From Candidatus Methylacidiphilales bacterium (GTDB lineage Bacteria > Verrucomicrobiota > Verrucomicrobiia > Methylacidiphilales > JBCBYL01): a DNA stretch of 64,000 nt. The DNA lies in contig JBHJOR010000046.1 of NCBI GenBank assembly GCA_050329585.1, forward strand, positions 6,658 through 70,657, given 5' to 3'. The notes under the pieces were generated by a model that worked only from the letters and a program-made list of their open reading frames with translations, ran no database searches and had not been told where the DNA came from. Numbering within the stretch: the first letter of the stretch is position 1; every line of letters starts with the position of its first letter. Position numbers and translations under genes: made by a program. Positions 33,667-42,086 of this stretch are shown one piece after another.

Positions 33667-34218
33667 TTACAAAAGGTTCTCCACAATCTTAAGGCTATTC
33701 AAAAAGGTCTGATCATCGAGCACCGGATTATTCCTTGGGTTGATTAGAGGTTCTGGTAAGGGCACCACCGAGCGGCAGCCGCCCAACTCGGGACGATCTG
33801 GCAGCACCCATGCGGTGTCCAAAAGGTGCACTCTCAGGACGATGACCCAAACGCAGGGAGGGTTGTTTTGTAGGTATCGCTTTTCTACCAGTGCCGGGGA
33901 AAGAATGTGATGTGGAGCCAGTGAGGTTAAAATCCTCGCATCGGTTACCGCCTCCAGGCGGATCACTTCCACCCAGGAACGGATGCGCCATTTTATAAAG
34001 GGATCAGGATCGGGTGCATCGGGAACCCAAGTTACCGCAGTGTGTTGTTCATGAAAATCGGTGGGCATCAGCCAGGCGCGACAAGGCAGTTCCTCATGCC
34101 AGCGGGCCGCATCATGAATTCCTCCTGCGCGCAGTAGAAAAGTTTGCCGTCCGCATTCCAGAGCGCGGCACACCACGTCCCATTCCTTGATACCATGAGT
34201 CATTAGTCCCAATATCAC
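33667..34218 (-). CDS. DUF1802-like hypothetical protein
   Basis: IKEWDVVCRALECGRQTFLLRAGGI...LMPTDFHEQ resembles the KEW/G-Q-x-LLRKGGI/PT-x-H pattern I recall for DUF1802. This is recollection only. Confidence 0.45.
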   Translation of the reverse strand: MILGLMTHGIKEWDVVCRALECGRQTFLLRAGGIHDAARWHEELPCRAWLMPTDFHEQHTAVTWVPDAPDPDPFIKWRIRSWVEVIRLEAVTDARILTSLAPHHILSPALVEKRYLQNNPPCVWVIVLRVHLLDTAWVLPDRPELGGCRSVVPLPEPLINPRNNPVLDDQTFLNSLKIVENLL

Positions 34219-34310
34219 AGCAAGCGGTCAGGTTGAAACAAGCCGATATCGGGTGTCGGGGTGAAAAACCTTTCCGCCGCCTCATGGTATGACTAAAAAC
34301 GGAGCGCGTT

Positions 34311-35453
34311 ATGAAAGTCATGATCCTCACTTCGGCAACCGGCAGCGGTCACAACATGCGTGCACGTGCCTTGGCATTGTGGGCGGAAAAGGAACGTGAG
34401 GCGTCTTGGCAGGTTTCCATCCATGAGGCACTGGAATCGACCCACCCGATGTATCGGCTGGGGGTGGAAACCTATAATGTCATCCAGCGCCGCGCTCCAT
34501 GGGCCCATCATCTTTATTTTAATTTTCTGGATCTAGCGTCCATGCACCGGAGGGCGGGGGGTATTCTCGGGCGGCAGGTGTTCCAAAACCGGGTGGCCGA
34601 GGAACGCCCAGATATCGTCCTCAGCGTTCATGGCCACACCAACCATGGTTTTTTCGATCTGGCCCGTTCAGCTCTTCCGGGGAAACGGCCTTTGTGTGTG
34701 ACTTATTGCGGGGAAATGTTTGGCGGCTATGGTTTGAGCCGTCACTGGATCAATCCCCAAGCGGACGGTTTCATTGGTGCGGTGCCGGAAATCTGCGACG
34801 CGGCAGTGCGGGATCACGGCATGCCGGAAGCCAAAACGCATTGCGGAGGTTTTTTATTGCGCCCGCCTTTTTATGAGGAACCGGAGAGGGAGGAAGATAG
34901 GGCACAACGAATGGCCGATTTGGGCTTAGATCGCGGACGTTTCACCTTATTACTCTCCACCGGGGATGCCGGGGCAAACAATCATCTGGCTTTTCTGGAT
35001 GCGTTGGAAGCCGCTCGCCTTCCGCTACAAGTCATTGCACTTTGCGGACGCAATGAAGCCACCCAAAAACAGGTGCACCAATGGGCTTCACATCAAGGAC
35101 GTGCAGTGCGGGTGGTGGCGTTGGGTTTTCAGAAGGACATGCACCATCTGATGCGCTCCGTTTCAGCGATGGTGGCCCGTCCGGGAACCGGTGCTACCAG
35201 TGAGGCTATCTTAACCGGATGCCCTCTGATCCATAATGGCTTAGGCGGAATCATGCCGCAGGAATGGATTACGGTAAAGTTCTGCCGGGCACACGGATTC
35301 CAACACGTCATACGCTCTCCCCGTCAGTTAGCCCAAACCGCGCGCACGTGGATGGATAACCCGGATCTGCTGGCGTCCATGCGAAGGCGCATGGCTTCAG
35401 CATGCCCTTCGCCTAGACCTAAAGAGCTCCTTACCTATTTAGAAAAACTTTGA
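34311..35453 (+). CDS. glycosyltransferase, MGDG-synthase/UgtP-like (GT28-related)
   Basis: N-terminal MKVMILTSATGSGHNMRARAL is the typical start of the MGDG_synth domain. The C-terminal half is GT-B-like (ARPGTGATSEA). Confidence 0.7.
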   Translation: MKVMILTSATGSGHNMRARALALWAEKEREASWQVSIHEALESTHPMYRLGVETYNVIQRRAPWAHHLYFNFLDLASMHRRAGGILGRQVFQNRVAEERPDIVLSVHGHTNHGFFDLARSALPGKRPLCVTYCGEMFGGYGLSRHWINPQADGFIGAVPEICDAAVRDHGMPEAKTHCGGFLLRPPFYEEPEREEDRAQRMADLGLDRGRFTLLLSTGDAGANNHLAFLDALEAARLPLQVIALCGRNEATQKQVHQWASHQGRAVRVVALGFQKDMHHLMRSVSAMVARPGTGATSEAILTGCPLIHNGLGGIMPQEWITVKFCRAHGFQHVIRSPRQLAQTARTWMDNPDLLASMRRRMASACPSPRPKELLTYLEKL

Positions 35454-35521
35454 TTCAAATTAGAATGCATAAAGACGATTATTGCATTTACTAGAATTAT
35501 TTAAGTGTCTAGCACTAAAGA

Positions 35522-35713
35522 ATGAGCTCCGCCGGTTGGCCTCCGTCATGCAGAGGAAGTAGAAGATGGAGTCGAGGGCAGACCGCCACGGAGTATGGCC
35601 TTATATTATTGACCATTGTCATCATCATCATGTCAGGCATCGCGTTTATTGGTAGCGACATGGAAGTATTTATGAGCACGGTGAATAGCGGGTTGTCGAG
35701 TGCCATGGAATAA
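35522..35713 (+). CDS. flp: Flp/Fap family type IVb prepilin (divergent copy)
   Basis: RG|QTATEYGLILLTIVIIIMSG matches the Flp processing motif G/xxxxEY followed by a hydrophobic helix. 63 aa. Confidence 0.7.
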   Translation: MSSAGWPPSCRGSRRWSRGQTATEYGLILLTIVIIIMSGIAFIGSDMEVFMSTVNSGLSSAME

Positions 35714-35733
35714 CGGTTGCCAGCAGGTTGTTT

Positions 35734-36177
35734 ATGAAGTCACTGAGTTTTAGTAACATAGGGTTCTATGCGCTCAGTTTGACGATGGCATCGGTTTACG
35801 GGCTGCTGCTACTGTTGCCCTTTAACGAAAGTATCCAGCTTTTCATGATGAGGAAATTTCATCTCAGCAGTCCGGAGGTGTGGTCATGGCGTATGGGGCA
35901 ATGTATACCCTCCATGTATCAATTTGAAAACACGGTGGAAGTTCTGGAAGGAAACTTTCCTGGTGGCATGTTCAATGATCGAAAACTACTTAGGGTTAAT
36001 CATTACCCATCCCGCCTGTTGACGTTTTATCCTCTACATCGTTTGGAGGAACCTTTGCGGGTTCGGTTGCGGTCTGATTATCGTCGCAACAGACTGGATA
36101 CGGAAGTGTGGGTGATACGTGGTGAGGACAAGGTTTCAGTGCAGCACGTCTCTTCGGTCTATTATCCATTGGAGTAA
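35734..36177 (+). CDS. hypothetical single-pass membrane protein
   Basis: N-terminal hydrophobic helix (GFYALSLTMASVYGLLLLL). No family recognised. It lies 21 nt downstream of flp. Confidence 0.4.
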   Translation: MKSLSFSNIGFYALSLTMASVYGLLLLLPFNESIQLFMMRKFHLSSPEVWSWRMGQCIPSMYQFENTVEVLEGNFPGGMFNDRKLLRVNHYPSRLLTFYPLHRLEEPLRVRLRSDYRRNRLDTEVWVIRGEDKVSVQHVSSVYYPLE

Positions 36178-36222
36178 CTTCCGATCTTCTCATCTCTTCG
36201 TAATCTGTTAAGGCTTTCACCT

Positions 36223-38463
36223 GTGCGCACTCTACTTTCCGCTCCTTTGCCGCGTTGGGTTTATTTGATCGCTATCTTTTTGGGATCGTTCCAGTTGTTT
36301 TTGGTGCAGCCATTGGCTGCGAGACAAATTCTGCCAGACTTGGGAGGCAGTCCGGCCATCTGGAAAACCTGCATGATGTTTTTTCAGTTGTTTTTACTGG
36401 GCGGTTACGCCTACGCGCATTATGGGAGGCTTTTGTTGGGTGCGCGCACGCAGGGGTTATTGCACGTTTTTCTGCTGGTTGTCGCCTCAGGGTGGGGGCT
36501 GGCAACCGGTTTTTGGATGCCGGCGGAAGGCGGAGCTGTGGCCCGCCCGGTGATCTGGTTGGTATCGGTATTGGCGGTAAACTATGGTTTACCGTTTTTC
36601 CTATTGGCGGCCAACTCTCCACTGATTCAATGCTGGTATGCAGGCAGCGGGAGGCCTGATGCTCATGCGCCCTATTTTCTATATAGTGCCAGTAATGTGG
36701 CCAGTCTGCTAGCTTTGTTGGCCTATCCGCTGGTTTTGGAACCGTGGTTGCATTTAAAATCTCAGCAAGATATCTGGTTGGCGATATTACCCGTAACGGC
36801 CCTAGCTTGTTTTGGATGCGTCTGGAAGTTGATGCAGCAAAGTAAGGCCAAGGTTTCTGATACTGAGGTAATCGGGGCGACATCGGGAGAAGATCCGCCA
36901 ACATGGCGCAGAAGGTTAAAGTGGGTGGCTATGGCTGCGGTGCCATCTTCGCTTTTGCTGAGTGTTACGCAATTTGTGACCACTGACATCGCTTCCATGC
37001 CCTTGTTGTGGGTGATTCCGTTGGGTTTATATCTAATTACCTTTATTTTGGTTTTCTCTTCATGCTCATGGCCGGGCAGGATGGCGAAGCGAAGCTTACT
37101 ACCAGTGGTTTTGGTGCTCGCTTTTTTCATCGCGGTTCCATGGCATGGATTTACTTCGGTTTTTATCATACATTTCGCCCTCTTTTTTGTAGTGGCTTTG
37201 GCTTTGCATCAAATCCTGGCGGAAGATCGCCCCTCCTCGAGTCACCTAACATCCTTTTATTTATCGCTTTCTGCCGGAGGAGCGCTGGGTGGTGTTTTTA
37301 ATTCACTCATAGCCCCAGCGGTGTTTGATCATATAGCGGAATACGCATGGGGTGCGGTGGCGGCGGCTTGTTTTTGGATGATGGCCCGCAGGGGCGGGCG
37401 TCTGGAATCTCAGGAATCCGTCCCCTTTTCACGCTGTTTTTTTTATGGTGCACCTATGGTTCTGGCGGGGGTGATGTGGGGGATTTTATATCTTTGGGGT
37501 GGCGATCGTTCGATCCTCTTCCCTGTGGGCATGCTGTGCGTGGCTCTGTCGTTTCTGATGGTGCACGGTCATCTTTTGTTATCGAAGTTGCCGAGGTCTG
37601 CGGTTCTGGCCCCTGTTTTGACCGCTTTGGTTTTGTTTTTCGGGGGGCGGTTGTCACTGGATTCGGATGTCCGGGTGATTCACCGGGAAAGGAATTTCTT
37701 CGGGGTCAGCACGGTGAAGTATTTAAAAAACCAACACATGCATCTTTTCCAGCACGGCACCACGGTGCATGGCGCACAAAGCCTCAAGCCGGAGTGGTCG
37801 CGCCGGCTGCTCTCGTATTATGGACCGATACCGGAGATTATGAATTTCAGTCCTTCAGCGCCCGAGGCGGGCGCACTCCCTATTGGGTTGGTGGGACTTG
37901 GTGCCGGGGTCTGCGCGGTTCTGGCCCATCCTCAACAGGAAATGGATGCATTCGAGATTGACGATGCCGTTCTGCGAATTGCGGCGGATGAACGTTTTTT
38001 CACTTATCTCAGGGACTGCCAAGGCCGCTTGAAGATCATTCACGGAGACGGCCGTATTGAACTGAGAAAAATCGAAGCGGGCCGATACGGCCTACTTCTT
38101 ATGGATGCTTACACCTCGGATGCTTTGCCGGTGCATTTGTTAACGCGGGACGCCATCAAGGAATACCTGCGTGTTTTACATCCGGATGGCATTGTGGTCT
38201 TTAATGTTTCCAATCGGCACATGAACATCCATCTCGTAGCTGGAGCGATAGCTCAGAATTTGGGTTTAAGTGCCTATTATTGTGATTATCCGGGAGATGA
38301 GCCACGTGGATTAAGCCGGGCTCAGTATGTGATTATGTCTAGGAATGCTTCGGTGTTGTCCGATCTGGCCACGGTGCAGCCGCTTTGGCGTCCCCTAAGT
38401 GGAGATGTGCGTTATCTATGGACGGATCATTATAGTCCCATATTGCCTATTCTGAAGCGATGA
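36223..38463 (+). CDS. fused polytopic membrane domain / spermidine-synthase-like (class I SAM-fold) protein
   Basis: The N-terminal ~480 aa are multi-TM. The C-terminus (GLVGLGAGV...EIDDAV...HGDGR...LLLMDAYTSDALPVHLLT...GIVVFN) is collinear with the spermidine synthase/aminopropyltransferase fold. GTG start. Confidence 0.75.
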   Translation: MRTLLSAPLPRWVYLIAIFLGSFQLFLVQPLAARQILPDLGGSPAIWKTCMMFFQLFLLGGYAYAHYGRLLLGARTQGLLHVFLLVVASGWGLATGFWMPAEGGAVARPVIWLVSVLAVNYGLPFFLLAANSPLIQCWYAGSGRPDAHAPYFLYSASNVASLLALLAYPLVLEPWLHLKSQQDIWLAILPVTALACFGCVWKLMQQSKAKVSDTEVIGATSGEDPPTWRRRLKWVAMAAVPSSLLLSVTQFVTTDIASMPLLWVIPLGLYLITFILVFSSCSWPGRMAKRSLLPVVLVLAFFIAVPWHGFTSVFIIHFALFFVVALALHQILAEDRPSSSHLTSFYLSLSAGGALGGVFNSLIAPAVFDHIAEYAWGAVAAACFWMMARRGGRLESQESVPFSRCFFYGAPMVLAGVMWGILYLWGGDRSILFPVGMLCVALSFLMVHGHLLLSKLPRSAVLAPVLTALVLFFGGRLSLDSDVRVIHRERNFFGVSTVKYLKNQHMHLFQHGTTVHGAQSLKPEWSRRLLSYYGPIPEIMNFSPSAPEAGALPIGLVGLGAGVCAVLAHPQQEMDAFEIDDAVLRIAADERFFTYLRDCQGRLKIIHGDGRIELRKIEAGRYGLLLMDAYTSDALPVHLLTRDAIKEYLRVLHPDGIVVFNVSNRHMNIHLVAGAIAQNLGLSAYYCDYPGDEPRGLSRAQYVIMSRNASVLSDLATVQPLWRPLSGDVRYLWTDHYSPILPILKR

Positions 38464-39293
38464 GTCCCATAAGCGGAAGTATGTCACGACGACGCGTATG
38501 GTGGTTGTTCAGCTACTCCCGTTTGAATGTCTGGCGTTTGGTAGTGCTGGGTTTGAGCGTGGCTTGGTTTTGTAAGTTTGTTCCGTTGGTTTACGTCTAT
38601 AACGGACATCTTTTATTTCCGGTCGAGGTGCCTGTTTTATTCCCTCATGGATTATCACGGCCAGAACTGGCTCTGGTCTGCTACGTACTTCCTGTGCTTT
38701 CTTGGATTGCAGTAGTTCGTCCATATCCCTTGTGGAGGGCGGCAGCATCAGTCTTGTGGGTGCTCAGCTCACTTCTGATGTTATGGAATGTTCATAGTTA
38801 CAATGACGCCACTTTTGTGGTTACGTTTTGGGTTTCACTTTGGTTGTGTTGGTGGCAGGGGCGAGTGGACATTCCATGGGCATTGAACCCCCGTGATGCC
38901 CGTCGGGCACTCACCTTGGGAATTGGCATCGTTGGGATGTTTTTTTTAGGCGGTGCCGTAGGAAAATTCACGGAGGGTTACTATTCAGGACGGGTGCTGC
39001 ACGATCTCTATTTTATGCAGAAGGATTTACCGCTTTATAGTTGGTCAAGAGACAACCTCAGTTCTGAGGAGGTGCGGCAGCTGGCGAAGTGGTTTTCAAT
39101 CTTCACACTGTTCATGGAAAGCCTTTTGGCCACCGTGTTGCTTTGGCCGCGCCGATGGGCACTGTGGATATCCACTGTCGCGATGCTCTGTATGATCGCC
39201 GGATCCACTGTTTATCTGACTTCAGTGCTGGGAAGCGCGATTATTCTTTGCCTTGCCATGCTATGGATCCAACGAAGCGAAGCAGTAACCTGA
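38460..39293 (+). CDS. hypothetical polytopic membrane protein
   Basis: ATGA overlap with the preceding gene. About 7 hydrophobic helices. No confident family. Confidence 0.5.
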   Translation: MSPISGSMSRRRVWWLFSYSRLNVWRLVVLGLSVAWFCKFVPLVYVYNGHLLFPVEVPVLFPHGLSRPELALVCYVLPVLSWIAVVRPYPLWRAAASVLWVLSSLLMLWNVHSYNDATFVVTFWVSLWLCWWQGRVDIPWALNPRDARRALTLGIGIVGMFFLGGAVGKFTEGYYSGRVLHDLYFMQKDLPLYSWSRDNLSSEEVRQLAKWFSIFTLFMESLLATVLLWPRRWALWISTVAMLCMIAGSTVYLTSVLGSAIILCLAMLWIQRSEAVT

Positions 39294-39305
39294 ACTATTA
39301 TTTTA

Positions 39306-39342
39306 TAGGCAAAAAATGCCTACATCTAGCACTTTTTGCCTA
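39306..39342. repeat. inverted repeat TAGGCAAAAA ... TTTTTGCCTA in the AT-rich flp upstream region
   Basis: The 10-nt arms at 39306-39315 and 39333-39342 are exact reverse complements. An inner TGCCTA at 39317-39322 also pairs with the first arm. Confidence 0.5.
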
Positions 39343-39497
39343 TTTCTACGAGCTGTGATGAGTTAAGAATAAATCAATTAGGTGCCAAAAGTATCGTTCT
39401 GAAATTAAGATAACATTCATAAATTACTAATTGTCAAAGATTTAACAAAATATTGCGCTTAAAATTCTGTTTCCTTGTTAATAAGGCGCACGTGACT

Positions 39498-39513
39498 TGG
39501 CACGGTTCAAGCA
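39498..39513 (+). promoter_or_regulatory. candidate sigma-54 (-24/-12) promoter upstream of flp
   Basis: TGGCACG-GTTC-AAGCA against the consensus TGGCACG-N4-TTGCA. The GG-N10-GC spacing is exact and the site lies 56 nt upstream of the flp ATG. Confidence 0.4.
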
Positions 39514-39568
39514 ACTAAATCAACAGGAACCTAAATTCCACTATAACAAATCAACAAGGAAAAAACAT

Positions 39569-39751
39569 ATGCTGAAAAAAATCCAAACCAATATCAAGAA
39601 ACAAGCCAAAAAAGGTCAAACCCTGGTTGAATACGGGTTGATCCTCGCCCTCGTCGCTGTGGTGCTGATCGCCGCCCTGACCCTGATGAAAAACTCCATC
39701 AGCAACACCTTCTCCAAGGTGACCTCCGAACTTGAAAGCTCCAGCAACTAA
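39569..39751 (+). CDS. flp: Flp family type IVb prepilin
   Basis: MLKKIQTNIKKQAKKG|QTLVEYGLILALVAVVLIAAL is a classic Flp leader, G/xxxxEY motif and helix. An AAGGA RBS lies 9 nt upstream. Confidence 0.85.
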   Translation: MLKKIQTNIKKQAKKGQTLVEYGLILALVAVVLIAALTLMKNSISNTFSKVTSELESSSN

Positions 39752-39774
39752 TTGCTGACAGCTTGCGAGCGTGA

Positions 39775-39808
39775 AAGGGCTGCAGGCAACTGCAGCCCTT
39801 TTTTTTTC
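39775..39808 (+). terminator. rho-independent terminator between the two tandem flp genes
   Basis: Stem AAGGGCTGCAG / CTGCAGCCCTT with a short loop, followed by a T8 run. Confidence 0.75.
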
Positions 39809-39832
39809 CACAAACACAGATCGAAAGGCGTC

Positions 39833-40006
39833 ATGAAATCCAAAAAGAACAAGGGACAAACGTTGGTTGAATACGGATTAATTATTGCACTGCTCGGAGT
39901 GCTCTTGATTAGCTCACTGAGCTTTATGCGTAACGCGATCAGCAACACATTCTCCAAGTCCGCTTCGGAACTGGAAGATGTCAGCGCCGGATCGATTAAT
40001 AATTAA
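39833..40006 (+). CDS. flp: Flp family type IVb prepilin
   Basis: MKSKKNKG|QTLVEYGLIIALLGVLLISSL. It is paralogous to the preceding gene, and both share NxISNTFSK. Confidence 0.85.
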   Translation: MKSKKNKGQTLVEYGLIIALLGVLLISSLSFMRNAISNTFSKSASELEDVSAGSINN

Positions 40007-40037
40007 AGCGCGTTTAGTAGTTGAAAAAAACCGATCC

Positions 40038-41279
40038 TTAGATGCTGGGGAGAGCTTCTTCCCGGTTTTCGCTGGATCGAATGGGCCAATGCCAAGCCGC
40101 AATCCCGACCCAGATGGGAAACCACATAAACGTGTGCATATCTCCAGTTAGCAGTGTCGCCTGCATCAACCAAAGTATTCCCCCTGTAAGCGGCAGTATC
40201 CAATAAAATGCGGATGCCGACCCTCCGCGTTGTCTCGCCGCCAGCCAAATACCCAACCCTCCTGCCTGCCAGCAGATCAGCAGAGCGTAGTCATACGACC
40301 ACGCATACGGTGCAATCAAGAGAGAGCCCGCCAATAACAACGGCCAGTGCTGGAAACGGAGTGCCGCACTCCACCGCCATAACCATGGCAAACAAATCAA
40401 CAAACCTGCCATAAACCATAACGGGGCGATCCAAGTCGACGTTCCGCCGATATAAACTTCCCACAGTGCGCGCATCCAGGATGCGGGAGTGCCAGTCATC
40501 CATACTCCGGCGTGGCCCGATAAAACCCATTGCCACCATTCAGAGAAAACAGACGGACGTAACCACCATGTCATGGTCAACGTCGGAGTAAAAAATACAG
40601 CAAAAGCCAGTGGGATCATCCATTTCCGGCGCCTCAAGATGTAGAATCCCATCCAGATCACTAAGAGGCTGAAAAGATGCGGCTTGATGGTCATGAAAGT
40701 CAGGCAGGCGCCGGCGATCCATGGTTTTTCATCGCGCACTGCGCCGTAAAGGCACAGGCTCGCCAACGTTAAGAGCAGCGTCCATTGACCGACTTGCCAA
40801 CAAACAAAAGCCGGCAGAAATATACATGCCAAAGCCCACCATCGAGGTTCCAGCTTTGGGATGCCGACCGTCTTCATTGCAAGTTGAACCGATCCCGCCA
40901 GAGCGCCCAATAAGGTTAGTTGCCATACCATCAAACCCGCCGCAAAAGGCAGGGCACCGAACGGAGCAAAAAATACCAGCACCCATGGAGGATTATGCAG
41001 ACAAAATGTTTCATCCAGTGGATCCGATATCCATGATTCGAAAAAGGAGGATTCGTATACCGGTTCACCTGCGATCACCATTCGCCAAGCGGCCCAGTAA
41101 ATCGGAAAGTCTTTACCCGTTAGTTCAGGAAGATGAGCCGGTGGTCGTTGGGGAACCTCCTTCGGAGTCAGACTCCAAGAGAGTACAAAAATCAGCATAC
41201 CTGCTAGCACCATGGCCATGACACCCATCCAGCCATGTCCGAGAAATCGATCTCTGCGGCGTGAACAAGATACGCACAT
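40038..41279 (-). CDS. polytopic membrane glycosyltransferase, GT87/DUF2029-like (GT-C fold)
   Basis: More than 10 TM helices. The first-loop pattern KDFPIYWAAWRMVIAGEPVYE resembles the DF-x-Y...PY motif of DUF2029/GT87 mannosyltransferases. This is recollection only. Confidence 0.55.
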   Translation of the reverse strand: MCVSCSRRRDRFLGHGWMGVMAMVLAGMLIFVLSWSLTPKEVPQRPPAHLPELTGKDFPIYWAAWRMVIAGEPVYESSFFESWISDPLDETFCLHNPPWVLVFFAPFGALPFAAGLMVWQLTLLGALAGSVQLAMKTVGIPKLEPRWWALACIFLPAFVCWQVGQWTLLLTLASLCLYGAVRDEKPWIAGACLTFMTIKPHLFSLLVIWMGFYILRRRKWMIPLAFAVFFTPTLTMTWWLRPSVFSEWWQWVLSGHAGVWMTGTPASWMRALWEVYIGGTSTWIAPLWFMAGLLICLPWLWRWSAALRFQHWPLLLAGSLLIAPYAWSYDYALLICWQAGGLGIWLAARQRGGSASAFYWILPLTGGILWLMQATLLTGDMHTFMWFPIWVGIAAWHWPIRSSENREEALPSI

Positions 41280-41285
41280 AAAAGA

Positions 41286-42086
41286 TCAGCGATACCGTCC
41301 CAACAACAGTGCCAGCAGGGGTTTCATCATCAGCAGATGGCCGCTGCCGGGTTTGATTTTGCTTATGGATATACCCCGCCTTGCCGACGGTGCCGGGTAG
41401 TCGCGCGCCACACTGATTTCCTTGCACCGCATACCGAGCCGTAGGGCTTTCCAAGCTAGGTATTGCTCAATTTCATAAGCTCGAAACTCACTCTGAAAAG
41501 GATACACCCGGGGATCCTCGAGAAATCGGCGGGAGAAGGCGCGGAAGCCGTTGGTCGTGTCGCTCATCCAATGCCTCGCCGCCAGAGAGAAGAGCGGAGC
41601 ATGGATCAATCGGATGGCCAGATAGCGCATCCATGGGGTGTGATTTAAACTGCCTCCATCCATGAAACGACAGCCTTGAACATAATCATAACCGTCCTCG
41701 ATAGGCTTCACAAAGCGCGGCAGGGCGGACGGGTCGTCCTTGTTATTCCCGTTCATCATGATGATAGATCGGTAAGAGGATTGACTCAGCATCCAGTGCA
41801 ATCCCGCGCGTATATTCGTGCTGAGGCCTCCATGTTCCTCCAGACGCACCCATCCGCGCAAGCCGTGGCGATGGATCAACTCTTCGTTCACCGAACCATC
41901 GCTGCCGGCGTCGTCGCCAATCATCACATCGTAATTACGCTGGGACGGAGGAGGAAACCGCTCGAGTTGTCGGGCGATTTTTCCCGCTTCATTATAGACA
42001 AAAATGAAAACCACATCCCGGTGGCGTTCTTCCTTGAGTTCAACGGGAAGGTGGTAGGCGGGTATTGAAATATCGGGTTCAGGCAT
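41286..42086 (-). CDS. family 2 glycosyltransferase (polyprenyl-phosphate sugar synthase-like)
   Basis: Carries VFIFVYNEAG, IGDDAGSDGS and QGCRFMDGG, which fit the GT-A DxD fold of DPM1/GtrB-like enzymes. Confidence 0.8.
   Translation of the reverse strand: MPEPDISIPAYHLPVELKEERHRDVVFIFVYNEAGKIARQLERFPPPSQRNYDVMIGDDAGSDGSVNEELIHRHGLRGWVRLEEHGGLSTNIRAGLHWMLSQSSYRSIIMMNGNNKDDPSALPRFVKPIEDGYDYVQGCRFMDGGSLNHTPWMRYLAIRLIHAPLFSLAARHWMSDTTNGFRAFSRRFLEDPRVYPFQSEFRAYEIEQYLAWKALRLGMRCKEISVARDYPAPSARRGISISKIKPGSGHLLMMKPLLALLLGRYR

Noticed and set aside
39294-39568. A c-di-GMP (GEMM) riboswitch or other riboswitch in the long flp leader.
   Set aside because: Only a 6-bp TAGGCA/TGCCTA hairpin with an A5 loop is present. 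There is no paired P1/P2 architecture with GNRA tetraloop/receptor features. The region is better explained as an AT-rich promoter/operator region.
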